Shown here: one piece after another, positions 39,524 through 50,722 of the stretch | How the letters are laid out: every line of letters begins with the position of its first letter | Numbering within the stretch: position 1 is the stretch's first letter | Assembly (NCBI GenBank): GCA_964291395.2 | Contig: OZ219856.1 | Span: 896,001 to 960,000 of the forward strand | Reading direction: 5' to 3' | Origin: Alphaproteobacteria bacterium | Lineage (GTDB): Bacteria; Pseudomonadota; Alphaproteobacteria; UBA2966 | DNA: 64,000 nucleotides | Notes under the pieces: model-generated | Seen by the model: the letters and a program-made list of their open reading frames with translations, nothing else | Database searches by the model: none | Told to the model about the DNA's origin: nothing | Program-made: the position numbers and the translations under genes

Positions 39524-41008
39524 ATGGCCGAGCTGACGCGACTCACCATCGCCGAGGCCCGCGATCGGCTGCGGGGCCGGGAGTTTTCGGCCCGGGAACT
39601 CGCGCAGGCCCACAACCTGGCCGTCGAGAAGGCCCGGCCGCTCAACGCCATCGTGCTGGAGACCGCGGACCGCGCGCTGGATATGGCGGAGGTCAGCGAC
39701 AAACGTATCGCGAACGGCGAAGGAGGTGTCCTGGAGGGCATTCCCCTCGCCGTAAAGGATCTGTTCTGTACGGACGGGGTCCGGGCAACCGCCGGCTCCC
39801 GGATCCTCGGCAACTTCGTCCCGCCATACGAATCGACCGTCACGGCCAATCTTTGGGATGCGGGCGCCGTGATGCTGGGTAAGGCCAACATGGATGAATT
39901 CGCCATGGGCTCGTCGAACGAGACGAGCTGCTTCGGGCCGGTCGAGAATCCGTGGCGGCTGCCTGGAAACGGCAGGCCGATCGTACCCGGTGGCAGCAGC
40001 GGCGGTTCGGCCTCGATCGTGGCGGCGCGCGCGGCCCTGGGGGCGACCGGCACCGACACGGGCGGCTCCGTTCGCCAGCCGGCCTCGTTCACGGGGTTGG
40101 TGGGCCTCAAGCCCACCTACGGCCGGTGCTCGCGCTGGGGGATCATCGCCTTCGCCTCGTCCCTCGATCAGGCCGGACCTTTGACGCGGACCGTGCGCGA
40201 TGCGGCCATCATGCTCACCGCGATGTCCGGGTATGATCCGAAGGATTCCACCTCCGCCGACGTGTCCGTGCCCGACTTCGAGGCGGCCCTCGGCGGTGAC
40301 GTCAAGGGTCTGCGCGTCGGCATCCCCGACGAGTACCGGACGGACGGGCTGCCCGCCGAGATCGCCGCGCTCTGGCAGCAGGGACTCCGATGGCTCGAGG
40401 ACGCCGGTGCGGAGACCCGAGACGTCAGCCTGCCGCACACCAAGTACGCTCTGCCCGCCTACTACATCGTCGCGCCGGCCGAGGCCTCGTCGAACCTCGC
40501 GCGCTACGACGGCGTTCGCTACGGACTGCGCGTGGAGGGCGAGGATCTCGTCGACATGTATGAGCGCACGCGGGCGGAGGGCTTCGGTCCCGAGGTGACG
40601 AGGCGAGTCATGATCGGCACTTACGTCCTGTCGGAGGGGTACTACGACGCCTACTATCTGCAGGCCCAGAAGGTTCGCACACTGATCGCCCGGGATTTCG
40701 AGAACGCCTTCGAGCACGTCGACGTATTGCTGACGCCGACCGCGCCCAGCGAAGCCTTCGCGGTCGGCGACAAGTCCGACGATCCGATCGCCATGTACTT
40801 CAACGACGTGTTCACCGTGCCGGCGAGCATGGCGGGCTTGCCGGCGATCTCGGTCCCGGCGGGTCTTTCGAAATCGGGTCTGCCCTTGGGCCTGCAGCTG
40901 ATCGGCAAGGCGTTCGATGAGGAAACGGTGCTGCGGACGGCGGACGTGCTGGAAAGCGCGGCCGGCTTCGAGGCGGAACCCGAACCGTGGTGGGAGATGA
41001 CGCAGTGA
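39524..41008 (+). CDS. gatA: Asp/Glu-tRNA amidotransferase subunit A
   Basis: [42 protein letters not shown]. Confidence 0.97.
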   Translation: MAELTRLTIAEARDRLRGREFSARELAQAHNLAVEKARPLNAIVLETADRALDMAEVSDKRIANGEGGVLEGIPLAVKDLFCTDGVRATAGSRILGNFVPPYESTVTANLWDAGAVMLGKANMDEFAMGSSNETSCFGPVENPWRLPGNGRPIVPGGSSGGSASIVAARAALGATGTDTGGSVRQPASFTGLVGLKPTYGRCSRWGIIAFASSLDQAGPLTRTVRDAAIMLTAMSGYDPKDSTSADVSVPDFEAALGGDVKGLRVGIPDEYRTDGLPAEIAALWQQGLRWLEDAGAETRDVSLPHTKYALPAYYIVAPAEASSNLARYDGVRYGLRVEGEDLVDMYERTRAEGFGPEVTRRVMIGTYVLSEGYYDAYYLQAQKVRTLIARDFENAFEHVDVLLTPTAPSEAFAVGDKSDDPIAMYFNDVFTVPASMAGLPAISVPAGLSKSGLPLGLQLIGKAFDEETVLRTADVLESAAGFEAEPEPWWEMTQ

Positions 41009-42447
41009 TCGAAGGCGCCACAGGCTCGTGGGAGGTCGTCATCGGGCTCGAGGTCCACGCTCAGGTGATCTCCGACGCCAAGCTGTTCTCCGGTGCCGCC
41101 ACGGCCTTCGGCGCGGAGCCCAATACCCAGGTCAGTTTCATCGATGCCGCCATGCCGGGCACGTTGCCGGTCATCAACGAGGCCTGCGTTGCCCAGGCCG
41201 TGCGTACCGGCCTCGGACTGAATGCCGAGATCAACCGATACTCGGTTTTCGACCGGAAGAACTATTTCTATCCGGATCTGCCTCCGAATTATCAGATCTC
41301 CCAATACGCGCAGCCCGTCGTCGGCCCGGGCATGGTGCGGGTCGATCTCGAGGACGGGTGCGTCCGCGAAGTGGGCATCGAGCGTCTGCATTTGGAACAG
41401 GATGCGGGGAAGAGCCTGCACGACCGGCGCCCCGACGCGACCTGCGTGGATCTCAATCGGGCGGGCGTGGCCCTCATGGAGATCGTTTCCAGGCCCGATC
41501 TCCGCGGCGCCGGGGAAGCCGGCGCTTACATTCGAAAGCTGCGAGCCATCCTGCGCTACCTCGGCACCTGCGACGGCAACATGGAGCAGGGTAGTCTCCG
41601 CTGTGACGTCAACGTGTCGGTTCGGCGCCCCGGCGCGCCTCTCGGCACCCGTTGCGAGATCAAGAACGTCAATTCGGTGCGCTTCGTGCAGCAGGCCATC
41701 GACTACGAAGCCCGGCGCCAGATCGATATTCTGGAGGGGGGAGGCGAGATCGAGCAGGAGACGCGCCTCTTCGACGCCGACCGCGGGGTGACGCGCTCCA
41801 TGCGTCGCAAGGAGGAGGCGCACGACTACCGCTATTTCCCGGATCCCGACCTCCTGCCGCTGGAGCTCAGCGATGCGTACATCGACGCGATCCGGGCCGG
41901 CCTTCCCGAACTTCCGGATCAGAAGAAAGTCCGTTTCGTCGAGCAGCTGGGCCTCAGCGAGTACGATGCGGGTGTCCTGGTCGCGGAAAAGGAAGTGGCG
42001 GACTATTTCGAGAGAGTCGCCGACGGACGCGAGGCGAAGACGGCCTCCAACTGGGTCACCGGCGAACTGTTCGGCAAGCTCAACGAGAGTGGGCGGGAAA
42101 TCGCGGACTCGCCGGTCTCCCCGGACGACCTCGGCGATCTGATCGACCTCGTCGCCGACGGCACGCTCTCCGGGCGCCTCGCCAAGGAAGTGTTTGACGC
42201 CATGTTCGAGAGCGGCCGCCCGCCCGGCGAGATCGTCGAGGAACGGGGACTCGAGCAGGTCTCCGACCGGGGCGAGATCGAAGCCCTGGTGGACACGGTT
42301 GTCGGGGAGAACGCCGACAAGGTGGAGGAATACAGGGCCGGCAAGGAAAAGCTGTTCGGCTTCTTCGTGGGCCAGGTCATGAAGGCTTCCCAGGGCAGGG
42401 CCAACCCGAAGGTCGTCAACGACATCCTCCGGCAGAAGCTGGACTAG
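41005..42447 (+). CDS. gatB: Asp/Glu-tRNA amidotransferase subunit B
   Basis: [46 protein letters not shown]; GTGA overlap with gatA. Confidence 0.97.
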   Translation: MIEGATGSWEVVIGLEVHAQVISDAKLFSGAATAFGAEPNTQVSFIDAAMPGTLPVINEACVAQAVRTGLGLNAEINRYSVFDRKNYFYPDLPPNYQISQYAQPVVGPGMVRVDLEDGCVREVGIERLHLEQDAGKSLHDRRPDATCVDLNRAGVALMEIVSRPDLRGAGEAGAYIRKLRAILRYLGTCDGNMEQGSLRCDVNVSVRRPGAPLGTRCEIKNVNSVRFVQQAIDYEARRQIDILEGGGEIEQETRLFDADRGVTRSMRRKEEAHDYRYFPDPDLLPLELSDAYIDAIRAGLPELPDQKKVRFVEQLGLSEYDAGVLVAEKEVADYFERVADGREAKTASNWVTGELFGKLNESGREIADSPVSPDDLGDLIDLVADGTLSGRLAKEVFDAMFESGRPPGEIVEERGLEQVSDRGEIEALVDTVVGENADKVEEYRAGKEKLFGFFVGQVMKASQGRANPKVVNDILRQKLD

Positions 42448-42483
42448 GCACCGCCCGCAGGCGAAAGGAACCGGGCTCGCCGA

Positions 42484-43290
42484 ATGATGGATCTCACCGA
42501 CTACGCGGGCACCCGGCACGAGCGCGCCGGGAAGGGCGCGCGAATCATTTCCCTCGTGCCCAGCATCACCGAGCTCTTGTTCGACCTGGAACTGGCGGGC
42601 AATCTCGTCGGGCGCACCCATTACTGTGTTCACCCCAAGCCGGAGATCGACGATATCCCGAGCGTGGGCGGGACCAAGAAGGTCGTGCTCGATCGCGTGC
42701 GGGATCTCGAACCGACCCACGTCATCGTCAACGTCGATGAAAACACTCGTGAGCAGGTCGAGGCCATCGCCGAACTCGGTCCGGCGATCGTCGTCACCCA
42801 TCCCATCGTGCCCGAAGACAATCTGCGGCTGTTCGGGCTCATCGGCGGCCTGTTCGGTCGCAGGCAGCAGGCCGCGGCACTCGCGGGGGCATTTGAGTCG
42901 GGCCTTGCGGACCTGCACGACGCGGCCACGGGCCTGCCGCGGCGGGATGTCCTCTACTTCATCTGGAAAGAGCCTTGGATGACGGTGTCCGAAGACACCT
43001 ACATCTCGCGGTTCCTGGCCCTCGCGAACTGGCACACGCAGTGTCACGACCCGGGCGCGCGCTACCCCGAAGTCGACGTCACGCCAGAACTCCTCCGTCG
43101 GATCGATCTCGTGCTGTTTTCGAGCGAACCCTACGCCTTCACTTCGTCCGACATCGACGAGTTCCGCGTCTCCCATCCGGTCGGCGGGGCGCGGCTGCTG
43201 CCGATCGACGGCGAGATGACTTCATGGTACGGCAGCCGGGCGATCAACGGGCTGCGGTACCTTCGGCGATTGGCAGAGCGGGTTGTGTAA
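42484..43290 (+). CDS. Helical-backbone metal receptor (BtuF-like), no signal peptide
   Basis: RIISLVPSITELL, GRT.YC.HP, VGGTK, SSEPY.F, DGE..SWYG.R. Confidence 0.85.
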   Translation: MMDLTDYAGTRHERAGKGARIISLVPSITELLFDLELAGNLVGRTHYCVHPKPEIDDIPSVGGTKKVVLDRVRDLEPTHVIVNVDENTREQVEAIAELGPAIVVTHPIVPEDNLRLFGLIGGLFGRRQQAAALAGAFESGLADLHDAATGLPRRDVLYFIWKEPWMTVSEDTYISRFLALANWHTQCHDPGARYPEVDVTPELLRRIDLVLFSSEPYAFTSSDIDEFRVSHPVGGARLLPIDGEMTSWYGSRAINGLRYLRRLAERVV

Positions 43291-43307
43291 GGCAAGGAGA
43301 GGCCGTC

Positions 43308-44024
43308 ATGACGATCGATCTCTACTCCTGGGCCGCGCCCAATGGTCACAAGGTGCATATCATGCTCGAGGAGACGGGACTTCCCTACGATGTGCACCCG
43401 GTCAACATTCAGGCGGGCGAGCAGTTCGACCCCGAATTCCTCGCGATCAGCCCGAACAACAAGATCCCGGCGATCGTCGATCCGGAGGGTCCCGGAGGCG
43501 AACCGGTCGCCCTGTTCGAAACAGGTGCCATCCTGGTTTATCTCGGTGAGAAATCGGGTCGGTTCTATCCCGCCGACCCACGCGCCCGCGCCGAGACCTT
43601 GTGCTGGCTCATGTTCCAGATGGGGAGCGTAGGGCCCATGTTCGGCCAGAACCACCACTTCCGACGATACGCCCCCCATCTGGCCGACGATCTCACCTAC
43701 CCGCGGGAGCGCTACGCCAAGGAGACGGCACGTCTTTACGGCGTCATGGACCGGCGCCTCGGAGACTGCGAATGGCTCGCCGGCAAGGACTACACCATCG
43801 CCGATATGGCGACATTCGCCTGGGTCCGGCTGCACGAGCGCCACGACACGGATTTGAACGACTTCCCCAACGTGAAGCGCTGGGCCGACGCGATGGCGGC
43901 GCGTCCCGGCGTGCGGCGCGGCTGCGCGGTTCTGGAAAGCCACATGGCCAAGGTCAACGCCGACCTCGACCCGAAGGTTGCGCTCGAGAACTTTTTCGGT
44001 GCCACCCAGTACACCAAGCGCTAG
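43308..44024 (+). CDS. Glutathione S-transferase (YfcG/YghU-like)
   Basis: PNG.KV.IMLEE, ISPNNKIPAI.D, FETGAIL.YL, WLMFQMG..GPM.GQ. Confidence 0.92.
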   Translation: MTIDLYSWAAPNGHKVHIMLEETGLPYDVHPVNIQAGEQFDPEFLAISPNNKIPAIVDPEGPGGEPVALFETGAILVYLGEKSGRFYPADPRARAETLCWLMFQMGSVGPMFGQNHHFRRYAPHLADDLTYPRERYAKETARLYGVMDRRLGDCEWLAGKDYTIADMATFAWVRLHERHDTDLNDFPNVKRWADAMAARPGVRRGCAVLESHMAKVNADLDPKVALENFFGATQYTKR

Positions 44025-44100
44025 GCCGTGAATTGGCGCCCCGGGAGGCGAGCCGCTAATCTCGGACCGGGTTTGGAATTGCCGCGGGAGGACGACGGCG

Positions 44101-44814
44101 ATGATCGAGCTGTACACCTGGCCCACGCCCAACGGCGTCAAGATTCACATGATGCTCGAGGAGACCGGTCTCGAGTACAACGTGCATCCCGTCAACATCC
44201 AGAGGGGCGACCAGTTCGATCCCGAGTTCCTGAAACTGAGCCCGAACAACAAGATGCCGGCCATGATCGATACCGATGGGCCGGGTGGCGAGCCGGTCTC
44301 GCTCTTCGAGTCGGGCGCCATGCTCATCTATCTCGGCGAAAAGACCGGGATGTTCTATCCCAAGGACGACCGCCTGCGTTACGAGACGCTGTGCTGGTTG
44401 ATGTTCCAGATGGGCGGGATCGGTCCCATGCTGGGACAGAATCATCATTTCCGCCTACACGCCCGGCAGATGGACCATGAGATCGACTACGCGATCGAGC
44501 GCTACACCAACGAAACCCGGCGTCTATACGGCGTTGTCGACAAACGGCTCACCGACCGCGAATGGCTTGCCGCGGGCGAATACACGATCGCCGACATGTC
44601 GGTCTATCCCTGGCTGCGCTTGCACGAGCGCCAGGGGATGGATCTCGACGATTTTCCCAACCTCAAGAGCTGGTATGACGTCATCGATGCCCGTCCCGCC
44701 TCCAGGGCGGGCGCCGAGATCCTGGTGGCGTACCGGGACGAAGTGAACGCGGAGTTGGATCCCGGGGAAGCGCAGATGAACATGTTCGGCTCCGCGCAGT
44801 ACGCCCGCCGCTAG
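44101..44814 (+). CDS. Glutathione S-transferase (YfcG/YghU-like), tandem paralog
   Basis: TPNG, SPNNKMPA, FESGA, WLMFQMGGIGPMLGQNHHF. Confidence 0.92.
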   Translation: MIELYTWPTPNGVKIHMMLEETGLEYNVHPVNIQRGDQFDPEFLKLSPNNKMPAMIDTDGPGGEPVSLFESGAMLIYLGEKTGMFYPKDDRLRYETLCWLMFQMGGIGPMLGQNHHFRLHARQMDHEIDYAIERYTNETRRLYGVVDKRLTDREWLAAGEYTIADMSVYPWLRLHERQGMDLDDFPNLKSWYDVIDARPASRAGAEILVAYRDEVNAELDPGEAQMNMFGSAQYARR

Positions 44815-44851
44815 CCCGGATTCGACGCGCGCGGGACGCTCCCGTCACCGC

Positions 44852-45955
44852 CTATATGCCCCGTTTCTGGACGAACCAGTCGAGGGGCATGGGGGTGCCC
44901 CGACCGGCCGCTAGCGCGTTGCGGTAGATGGCGCCGCCGACCGCGGCGAACTGCAGCCCCTGGTTGCCGTGGCAGTAATAGAAACTGATCTGCTCTTCGC
45001 GCGTGCGGCCCGGTGCGCGGCCGGCCACGAGGTCCGTGTACATGGGAAAGGCGCCGGCGTCGATGTGGGCCGCGCCGCCCTCCGGAATCCGCGCCATCTC
45101 CTCCTCGCTGCCGGCGACGAAACCGGCGTAGCTCAGGCCGATGCCGGCGCGGTGGCGCGCGCTTTCCTCGCTCGGGGCCATTGAATGGACGCCCTGGCGC
45201 ACCGCCACGTCGAAGCGCGGGACTGCCTCGGGCGGCACCTCGTTGGTGCCGACGCACACGACGTGCATGCCGGGCTCGAGCCAGTCCGCGTCGAACACGG
45301 GCACGCCGGAGTTGGTGCAGGTGGCGACGATATCGGCGCCCGCCATCGCCGCCCGCGCCGCGTCCACGGGCTCGACCGCGATGCCCAGCCGTTCGCTCAT
45401 CCTTGCCGCGTAGGCCTCGCGGTTGCCGCGGGAAGGGCTGTACACGCGCACGTTCTTGATCGGGCGCACCACACAGATCCCTTCGAGAAAGGTCTGCGCC
45501 ATGCCGCCCGAGCCGATCAGGCATACCGTCTCGGCATCGGAGCGGGATAGGAGCTTGGTTCCAAGCGCGGCCGTGCCTCCCACGCGCATGTGCTGTATCC
45601 AGTTGTCGTTGAGGAGGGCGAGGGGTTCGCCGTTCTCCGAGCTGAATAGCAGAACCACCGCACAGTTCTTGCCGGGCTCCACGGAGTAATTGTCCTCGCG
45701 CCACGAGCCGTCCGCGCGGCGGTCGAACACCATCACCTCCGACATGAAGCGAATGGCGAAGATGCCGTCGAACCAGCCTTCCATCGAGCCGAACCGATAG
45801 TATTCGTTGGTCTTGGAGTTCGGGACGTTCACGTCGGTCTTGGGGCGGTAGATCGCCTGGCCCGAATCGATGGAGCCGAACGCACGCTCGAGCACGTCGA
45901 CGCATTCGGACATCGTGAGCAGTCCCGGCTGCGTGGCATTGTCGATCAGGATCAT
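44852..45955 (-). CDS. Ornithine cyclodeaminase / mu-crystallin family protein
   Basis: LFSSENGEPLA, MRVGG, IGSGGMA, VYSPS, ADIVATCT, PGMHV, GLQFAAVG. Confidence 0.85.
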   Translation of the reverse strand: MILIDNATQPGLLTMSECVDVLERAFGSIDSGQAIYRPKTDVNVPNSKTNEYYRFGSMEGWFDGIFAIRFMSEVMVFDRRADGSWREDNYSVEPGKNCAVVLLFSSENGEPLALLNDNWIQHMRVGGTAALGTKLLSRSDAETVCLIGSGGMAQTFLEGICVVRPIKNVRVYSPSRGNREAYAARMSERLGIAVEPVDAARAAMAGADIVATCTNSGVPVFDADWLEPGMHVVCVGTNEVPPEAVPRFDVAVRQGVHSMAPSEESARHRAGIGLSYAGFVAGSEEEMARIPEGGAAHIDAGAFPMYTDLVAGRAPGRTREEQISFYYCHGNQGLQFAAVGGAIYRNALAAGRGTPMPLDWFVQKRGI

Positions 45956-46003
45956 CGGGGCCTCTCTTTATCGGTCTGGCGAACGTGGCCGGGTCGGAGG
46001 TCC

Positions 46004-47617
46004 CTAGCCGTGGATGCTCTTCATGCCGAACGCATCGAGAAAGCGCTGCTCGATGGTCGACCATTCCTCGACCCCGCAGGTTTCCTCCCAACGGAGGTAG
46101 TCCCGCTGCAGGCGCTCCTCCAGCGGAGCATTGGCGCCGGCCAGATCGTTGAGCTCGGTGCGGTCGACGTCCATGTCGTAGAGTTCCCAGGGCCGTCCGT
46201 GCCGGCGCACGAGCTTCATGTTGCCGCAACGGATGGCGCTGTTGCCCTCGTGTTCCCAGTAGATGGGTTGCTCCCGCGTCCATGTGCCGGTCTCGAACAA
46301 CGGCAGTAGGGATACGCCGTCCAGCTCCTGGGTCTCGTGCTCGCCGTGGGTGCTCGGATAGGCCGCGCCCGCGACCTCCAAGATGGTGGGCATGATGTCG
46401 ACGACATGCGCCGGTTCGTGAACGATCTCCGGCCTGGCGATGCCGTTCGGCCAATGCACGATCAGCGGTGTCGAGATGCCGCCCTCGTACACCCAGTGCT
46501 TGTACAGGCGGAAGGGCGCGTTGGAGACGTTCGCCCAGGGCAGGTCATAGCTCATGAAGGTCTGGGCGCTGCCCGGTCTGAGCCCCACCCGGTTGCCGAG
46601 CATGATCGGCCGGCCGTCGATGGTCTTTTCGGGGTAGCGTTGCGCGAAGCCGTCCTCTGCCAGGAATTCGGCGCAGCCGCCGTTGTCGGAGAGAAAGAAG
46701 ATCAGCGTGTCATCGAGCTTGCCGAGGCGCTCGAGGCATTGTACGAGGCGCCCGATCGACCGATCCATGCGATCGATCTGGGCGGCGTACACTCCCATGC
46801 GGATGGCTTCCCAGGCGGCGTGTTTCACGTCCGTCCACGCCGGTGCGTCATTGTCCCGGGGTGAGAGGTCCCAGCGGTGGCGCAGGATGCCGCGGGCGTG
46901 CATCTCCTCGTATCTGGCGGCCCGGGTCGCGTCCCATCCCTTCAGATAGACGTCCTCGTACTTGGCGATGGTCTCCTCCGGTGCCTGAAGGGGCCAGTGG
47001 GGTGCGGTATGAGCGAGATAGAGAAAGAAGGGCCGCCGATCTTCGCCGCTCTCGATCATGTCGACGGCTTTGTCGGTAATGGCGTCCGTGAAATAGAAGC
47101 TCTCGGACGTCACCTCGACCCGCTCGTCGTCTTCCATCAGGTAGTGGGGTGAGAAGTAGTTGACGGCGCCGTCGACGATACCGAAGAAGCGGTCGAAGCC
47201 CCGCTGTCGAGGCGTCGGATGTGTCTCGTCGCCGACGATCCACCTGTCCGCCTCACGGGCGACGTAGTTGCCGCCCACGTGCCATTTGCCGGACATCAGC
47301 GTCCGGTAATCCGAGAGGCCGAGCACCTCGGCGATCGTCGGGGCGTCTTCACGGAGGTATCCCTGATAGGCTCGGGAACCCAGGTGCGGGGTCATGTGAC
47401 CCACGCCGGCCTTGTGCGGATAGAGCCCGGTCAGGAGCGACGCCCGGGTTGGACAGCACCGCGAGCAGTTGTACATCGACGAGAGCAAGAGTCCGTTGCG
47501 CGCCAGCGCATCGAGATGAGGGGTCTGGATCTCGGATCCCATGATGCCGAGATCCGAGAATCCCATGTCGTCGACCAGAATGAGAATGACGTTGGGTTTC
47601 GCGGACGGATCAGGCAT
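46004..47617 (-). CDS. Arylsulfatase
   Basis: PNVILILVDDMGFSD, CCPTRASLLTG, GKWH, APHWPLQAP, SDNG, EGGISTP. Confidence 0.92.
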   Translation of the reverse strand: MPDPSAKPNVILILVDDMGFSDLGIMGSEIQTPHLDALARNGLLLSSMYNCSRCCPTRASLLTGLYPHKAGVGHMTPHLGSRAYQGYLREDAPTIAEVLGLSDYRTLMSGKWHVGGNYVAREADRWIVGDETHPTPRQRGFDRFFGIVDGAVNYFSPHYLMEDDERVEVTSESFYFTDAITDKAVDMIESGEDRRPFFLYLAHTAPHWPLQAPEETIAKYEDVYLKGWDATRAARYEEMHARGILRHRWDLSPRDNDAPAWTDVKHAAWEAIRMGVYAAQIDRMDRSIGRLVQCLERLGKLDDTLIFFLSDNGGCAEFLAEDGFAQRYPEKTIDGRPIMLGNRVGLRPGSAQTFMSYDLPWANVSNAPFRLYKHWVYEGGISTPLIVHWPNGIARPEIVHEPAHVVDIMPTILEVAGAAYPSTHGEHETQELDGVSLLPLFETGTWTREQPIYWEHEGNSAIRCGNMKLVRRHGRPWELYDMDVDRTELNDLAGANAPLEERLQRDYLRWEETCGVEEWSTIEQRFLDAFGMKSIHG

Positions 47618-47893
47618 CGGGACTCCGGGGATCAGCGCGGGGGCGGGGCGCGGCTTGTCGCTTTGCGAAGGTCTAGCACGCCGCCGCATCCGAAGTCCGG
47701 AAATTCGCGGCCGGCCACGCTCGGCGGAAGGTCTTGGGCGATGTCCTCGGAGCAGCGCACGATTTGATCGGCCGGGTATGTGATCCGGTCCGCTGCCGCG
47801 AGCGACGGGGCGTGAAGACTGCGTCACGTTTTTCCTCGTGGGTGTTACGGGTGTCGCGAATCCGTCACATTGGCTTCAGGGGAACGGGTGTCG

Positions 47894-47922
47894 TTGACAG
47901 GCGCAGGGGGCGCTTTTAGATA
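47894..47922 (+). promoter_or_regulatory. Sigma70-type promoter of tRNA-Ser
   Basis: TTGACA-17 nt-TAGATA, 23 nt upstream of the tRNA. Confidence 0.7.
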
Positions 47923-47945
47923 GGCTCCAATACCGCGTTGAGACC

Positions 47946-48038
47946 GGAGGGATGGCCGAGAGGTCGAAGGCGGCGGTTTGCTAAACCGTAGTACGGTGAC
48001 AAGCTGTACCGAGGGTTCGAATCCCTCTCCCTCCGCCA
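47946..48038 (+). tRNA. tRNA-Ser (anticodon GCT)
   Basis: Acceptor stem GGAGGGA/TCCCTCC + G discriminator + CCA; anticodon stem GCGGT/ACCGT with loop TTGCTAA; long variable arm; GGTTCGAATCC T-arm. Confidence 0.95.
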
Positions 48039-48176
48039 CCCACTTGACTAAGTGCTGTCGCAGCCGTTCGGCCCACTCCCGGCGGATCGGACGCCTGGAC
48101 GCGACGCAGGCCGTGACCATGGTGAGAACTTCGGGCTAACATCCTGCCACCGATCACCGGACAGGCGAGGACTGGG

Positions 48177-48680
48177 ATGGTTACAGCGACGAGAATGGCC
48201 CCGGCGTTGATCGCCGGGGCAGCGATGCTGGGTGCGGCGCATATCGTGACGGCGGAGGAGAGCGGCAGCCTCCGCATCATCCGCACCTACGTGCAGGACT
48301 ACACCACCATCGAGCACGGTGATGCGCGCTACACCGGCGGCCCGCTTGAGGGCTCGGTCACTGTCCTTGAGAGCAGCGGTGGCCCGTTCGTCGCGGGCAC
48401 GCACGAGCGGATCACCTGCGTGGTCTATGCAAAGAGCACGGAGGCGGGTATCGACCTCGACGCCCCCTGCACGATGACCGCCCCCTCGGGCGACACGTGG
48501 TACACCCACTCGAAGCGGCGCGCGGGCAATGTCGAGACGGGCGGCGGCGGCCCCGGCACCATGGAGATCCTGGGCGGCACCGGTGTCTACGCCGGAATTA
48601 GCGGCAGCTGCACCTACGACGTCGGCTACATGCCGGACAATTGGGTTGCCATGATCGCCGACTGCACCTGGCAAAGATAG
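48177..48680 (+). CDS. Exported hypothetical beta-barrel protein (allene oxide cyclase/dirigent-like pattern)
   Basis: Signal-like N-terminus; ILGGTG.YAGISG motif; four Cys; start may be 48195. Confidence 0.55.
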   Translation: MVTATRMAPALIAGAAMLGAAHIVTAEESGSLRIIRTYVQDYTTIEHGDARYTGGPLEGSVTVLESSGGPFVAGTHERITCVVYAKSTEAGIDLDAPCTMTAPSGDTWYTHSKRRAGNVETGGGGPGTMEILGGTGVYAGISGSCTYDVGYMPDNWVAMIADCTWQR

Positions 48681-48882
48681 TGCGGGTAGGCGTAATCCTT
48701 CCGTTCTCGGGTGATGGAGATTTCAGCGATTGAGTGTCCGCTTCCAGTCTCGCCCATGAGCCTTCGCCGGGCGCTGGATCTGCCTCCCAGGCAGGGGCTT
48801 GCGACGGCGCCGCTACCGGCTCGGTCCGATCGTTGAATTCTCCGGTGTCTACGGCGGCGATTGCGGCTGAGTCGCTCCTGGC

Positions 48883-50538
48883 CTAGCGGGGCATCACCGC
48901 CCCTTCCGAGGCGGGCGCCACGGTGTCCGCGTAGTGCTTGAGATAGCCACGCGCGACCCGGGGCGGCATGGGCGCGTACCGGCTCCGGCGCTCCTCCAGC
49001 ACCGCTGGCGCCACGTCCAGGTCCAGTCTGCGTTCCGACAGGTCGATCCGAATCGGATCGCCGTCCTCCACGAGCGCAATCGGCCCGCCGCGCGCCGCCT
49101 CGGGGGTGACGTATCCGATGGCGGGGCCATGGGTGGCGCCCGAGAAGCGCCCATCGGTTACCAGCGCACAGCTGTTACCGAGGCCGGCCCCCATCAACGC
49201 TGAGGTCGCGCCCAGCATCTCCCGCATGCCGGGGCCGCCCCGCGTTCCCTCGTTTCGAATCACGACGCAGGTGCCAGGCTGGATCCGACCGCCGCGTAGC
49301 GCATCGATCGCGCCTTCCTCGTCCTCGAAGACCCGGGCCGGCAACACGGCATCCCACATTTCCCGGGCGACCCCCGAGGCTTTGACTACCGCTCCTCCAG
49401 GCGCGAGGCTGCCCCTGAGGATGTAGATCGAGCCTTCCGCCTCCACCGGATCGTTCCTGCGACGAATGCAGTCCCGGTTCCCGATTTCGGCTTGGCGGAT
49501 CAGATCTCCCGTCGTCTTGCCGCTGACGGTCACGGTGTCGGTGTGGATCAGGCCTTCGAGCGCCTTCATGACCGCCGGCACGCCGCCGGCATCGCCGAAG
49601 TCCGTCACTCCCCACGGCCCCGATGGAGCAAGCTTGACCAACGTCGGCGTCTCGCGGCTCAGCCGGTCCCAGGTGTCGAAAGTCACCTCAACGCCGGCCT
49701 CCTTCGCCATGGCGATCATGTGCAGCACCATGTTGGTGGAACCGCCGACGGTCAGGCCCACACGCATGGCGTTCTCGAATGCGTCCTGCGTCAGGATCCG
49801 GGAGGGACGGACGTCGTCCTTCACCAGCTCCATGATCCGCATGCCGGTGTACTTGGCGGCACGGAGCTGGTGGTTGCTGCCCGCCGGAAGAGTACCGCTG
49901 TTCGGCAGCGCCAGCCCCAGGGCCTCGGTGTAGATGCCGGCGGTGTTGCCGGACGTAGCGGTGTCGCAGGCGCCTGCGAAGGGGAAGTGGTGGTCTTCGA
50001 GACCCTTGAGGTCCCGTTCGGAGAGCTTGCCCCGCAGGTGCTCGCCGACGCCGTCGTAAACGGTCTCGAGAAAGACTTTCCGGTTCTTGTAGATCCCCGC
50101 CCGGGTCGGCCCGCCATAGAGCAGGATGGAGGGGAGGTCGAGGCGGGCGGCCGCCATCACCATCCCGGGCACAACCTTGTCTCCCGAGCCGATCAGCACC
50201 ATCGCGTCGAAGCGGTGGCCCTCGACCATCAGCTCGATCATGTCGGCCACGAGGTCGCGGCTCGGAAGTACGTAGCGCATGCCGACCGAGGCGAAGGTCT
50301 CTGAGTCGGTGACGTGGAAGGTGTTGAACTCGCAGGGCGTGCCGCCGGCCATGCGGATGCCCGCCTTGACCGCATCCCCCACCTGCCGGAGATGGATGTT
50401 CTCGGGCGAGAATTCCTGGCAGGTGTTCACGACCGCGATCATCGGCCGCTCGAACTCCTCGTCGATCAGCCCGGCGCCCTTGGCCCAGGCACGCTGCAAA
50501 GAGCGCTCGATCCCGAGATATTGTTCGTCGCTCCGCAT
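48883..50538 (-). CDS. IlvD/Edd-family dehydratase, atypical (lacks two canonical Fe-S Cys motifs)
   Basis: [50 protein letters not shown]. Confidence 0.85.
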   Translation of the reverse strand: MRSDEQYLGIERSLQRAWAKGAGLIDEEFERPMIAVVNTCQEFSPENIHLRQVGDAVKAGIRMAGGTPCEFNTFHVTDSETFASVGMRYVLPSRDLVADMIELMVEGHRFDAMVLIGSGDKVVPGMVMAAARLDLPSILLYGGPTRAGIYKNRKVFLETVYDGVGEHLRGKLSERDLKGLEDHHFPFAGACDTATSGNTAGIYTEALGLALPNSGTLPAGSNHQLRAAKYTGMRIMELVKDDVRPSRILTQDAFENAMRVGLTVGGSTNMVLHMIAMAKEAGVEVTFDTWDRLSRETPTLVKLAPSGPWGVTDFGDAGGVPAVMKALEGLIHTDTVTVSGKTTGDLIRQAEIGNRDCIRRRNDPVEAEGSIYILRGSLAPGGAVVKASGVAREMWDAVLPARVFEDEEGAIDALRGGRIQPGTCVVIRNEGTRGGPGMREMLGATSALMGAGLGNSCALVTDGRFSGATHGPAIGYVTPEAARGGPIALVEDGDPIRIDLSERRLDLDVAPAVLEERRSRYAPMPPRVARGYLKHYADTVAPASEGAVMPR

Positions 50539-50722
50539 GCCTGCTCCCCGGAAATTCCCGATCCGAGGAAGCGGTGACCGCACGGTCCGCCTCCTCGCAC
50601 GATGTGGGTGTGACCTGCCCTATTGGGTAGTCCGGTTTCAATGTTAGTTGAGCTCTGTCGGTGAGGCCATAGCGCTATCTGCTGCTGTCGCTGGCACATG
50701 ATCTGTCCGGTTAGGTGTCTCC

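Noticed and set aside
40654-43176. 840-aa antisense ORF and many similar Arg/Pro-rich overlapping ORFs
   Set aside because: Shadows of gatB and other real genes.
47972-47990. Amber-suppressor (CTA) or selenocysteine tRNA
   Set aside because: The stem register GCGGT/ACCGT puts GCT at the centre of the 7-nt loop; the 7-bp acceptor stem and G73 fit ordinary tRNA-Ser.
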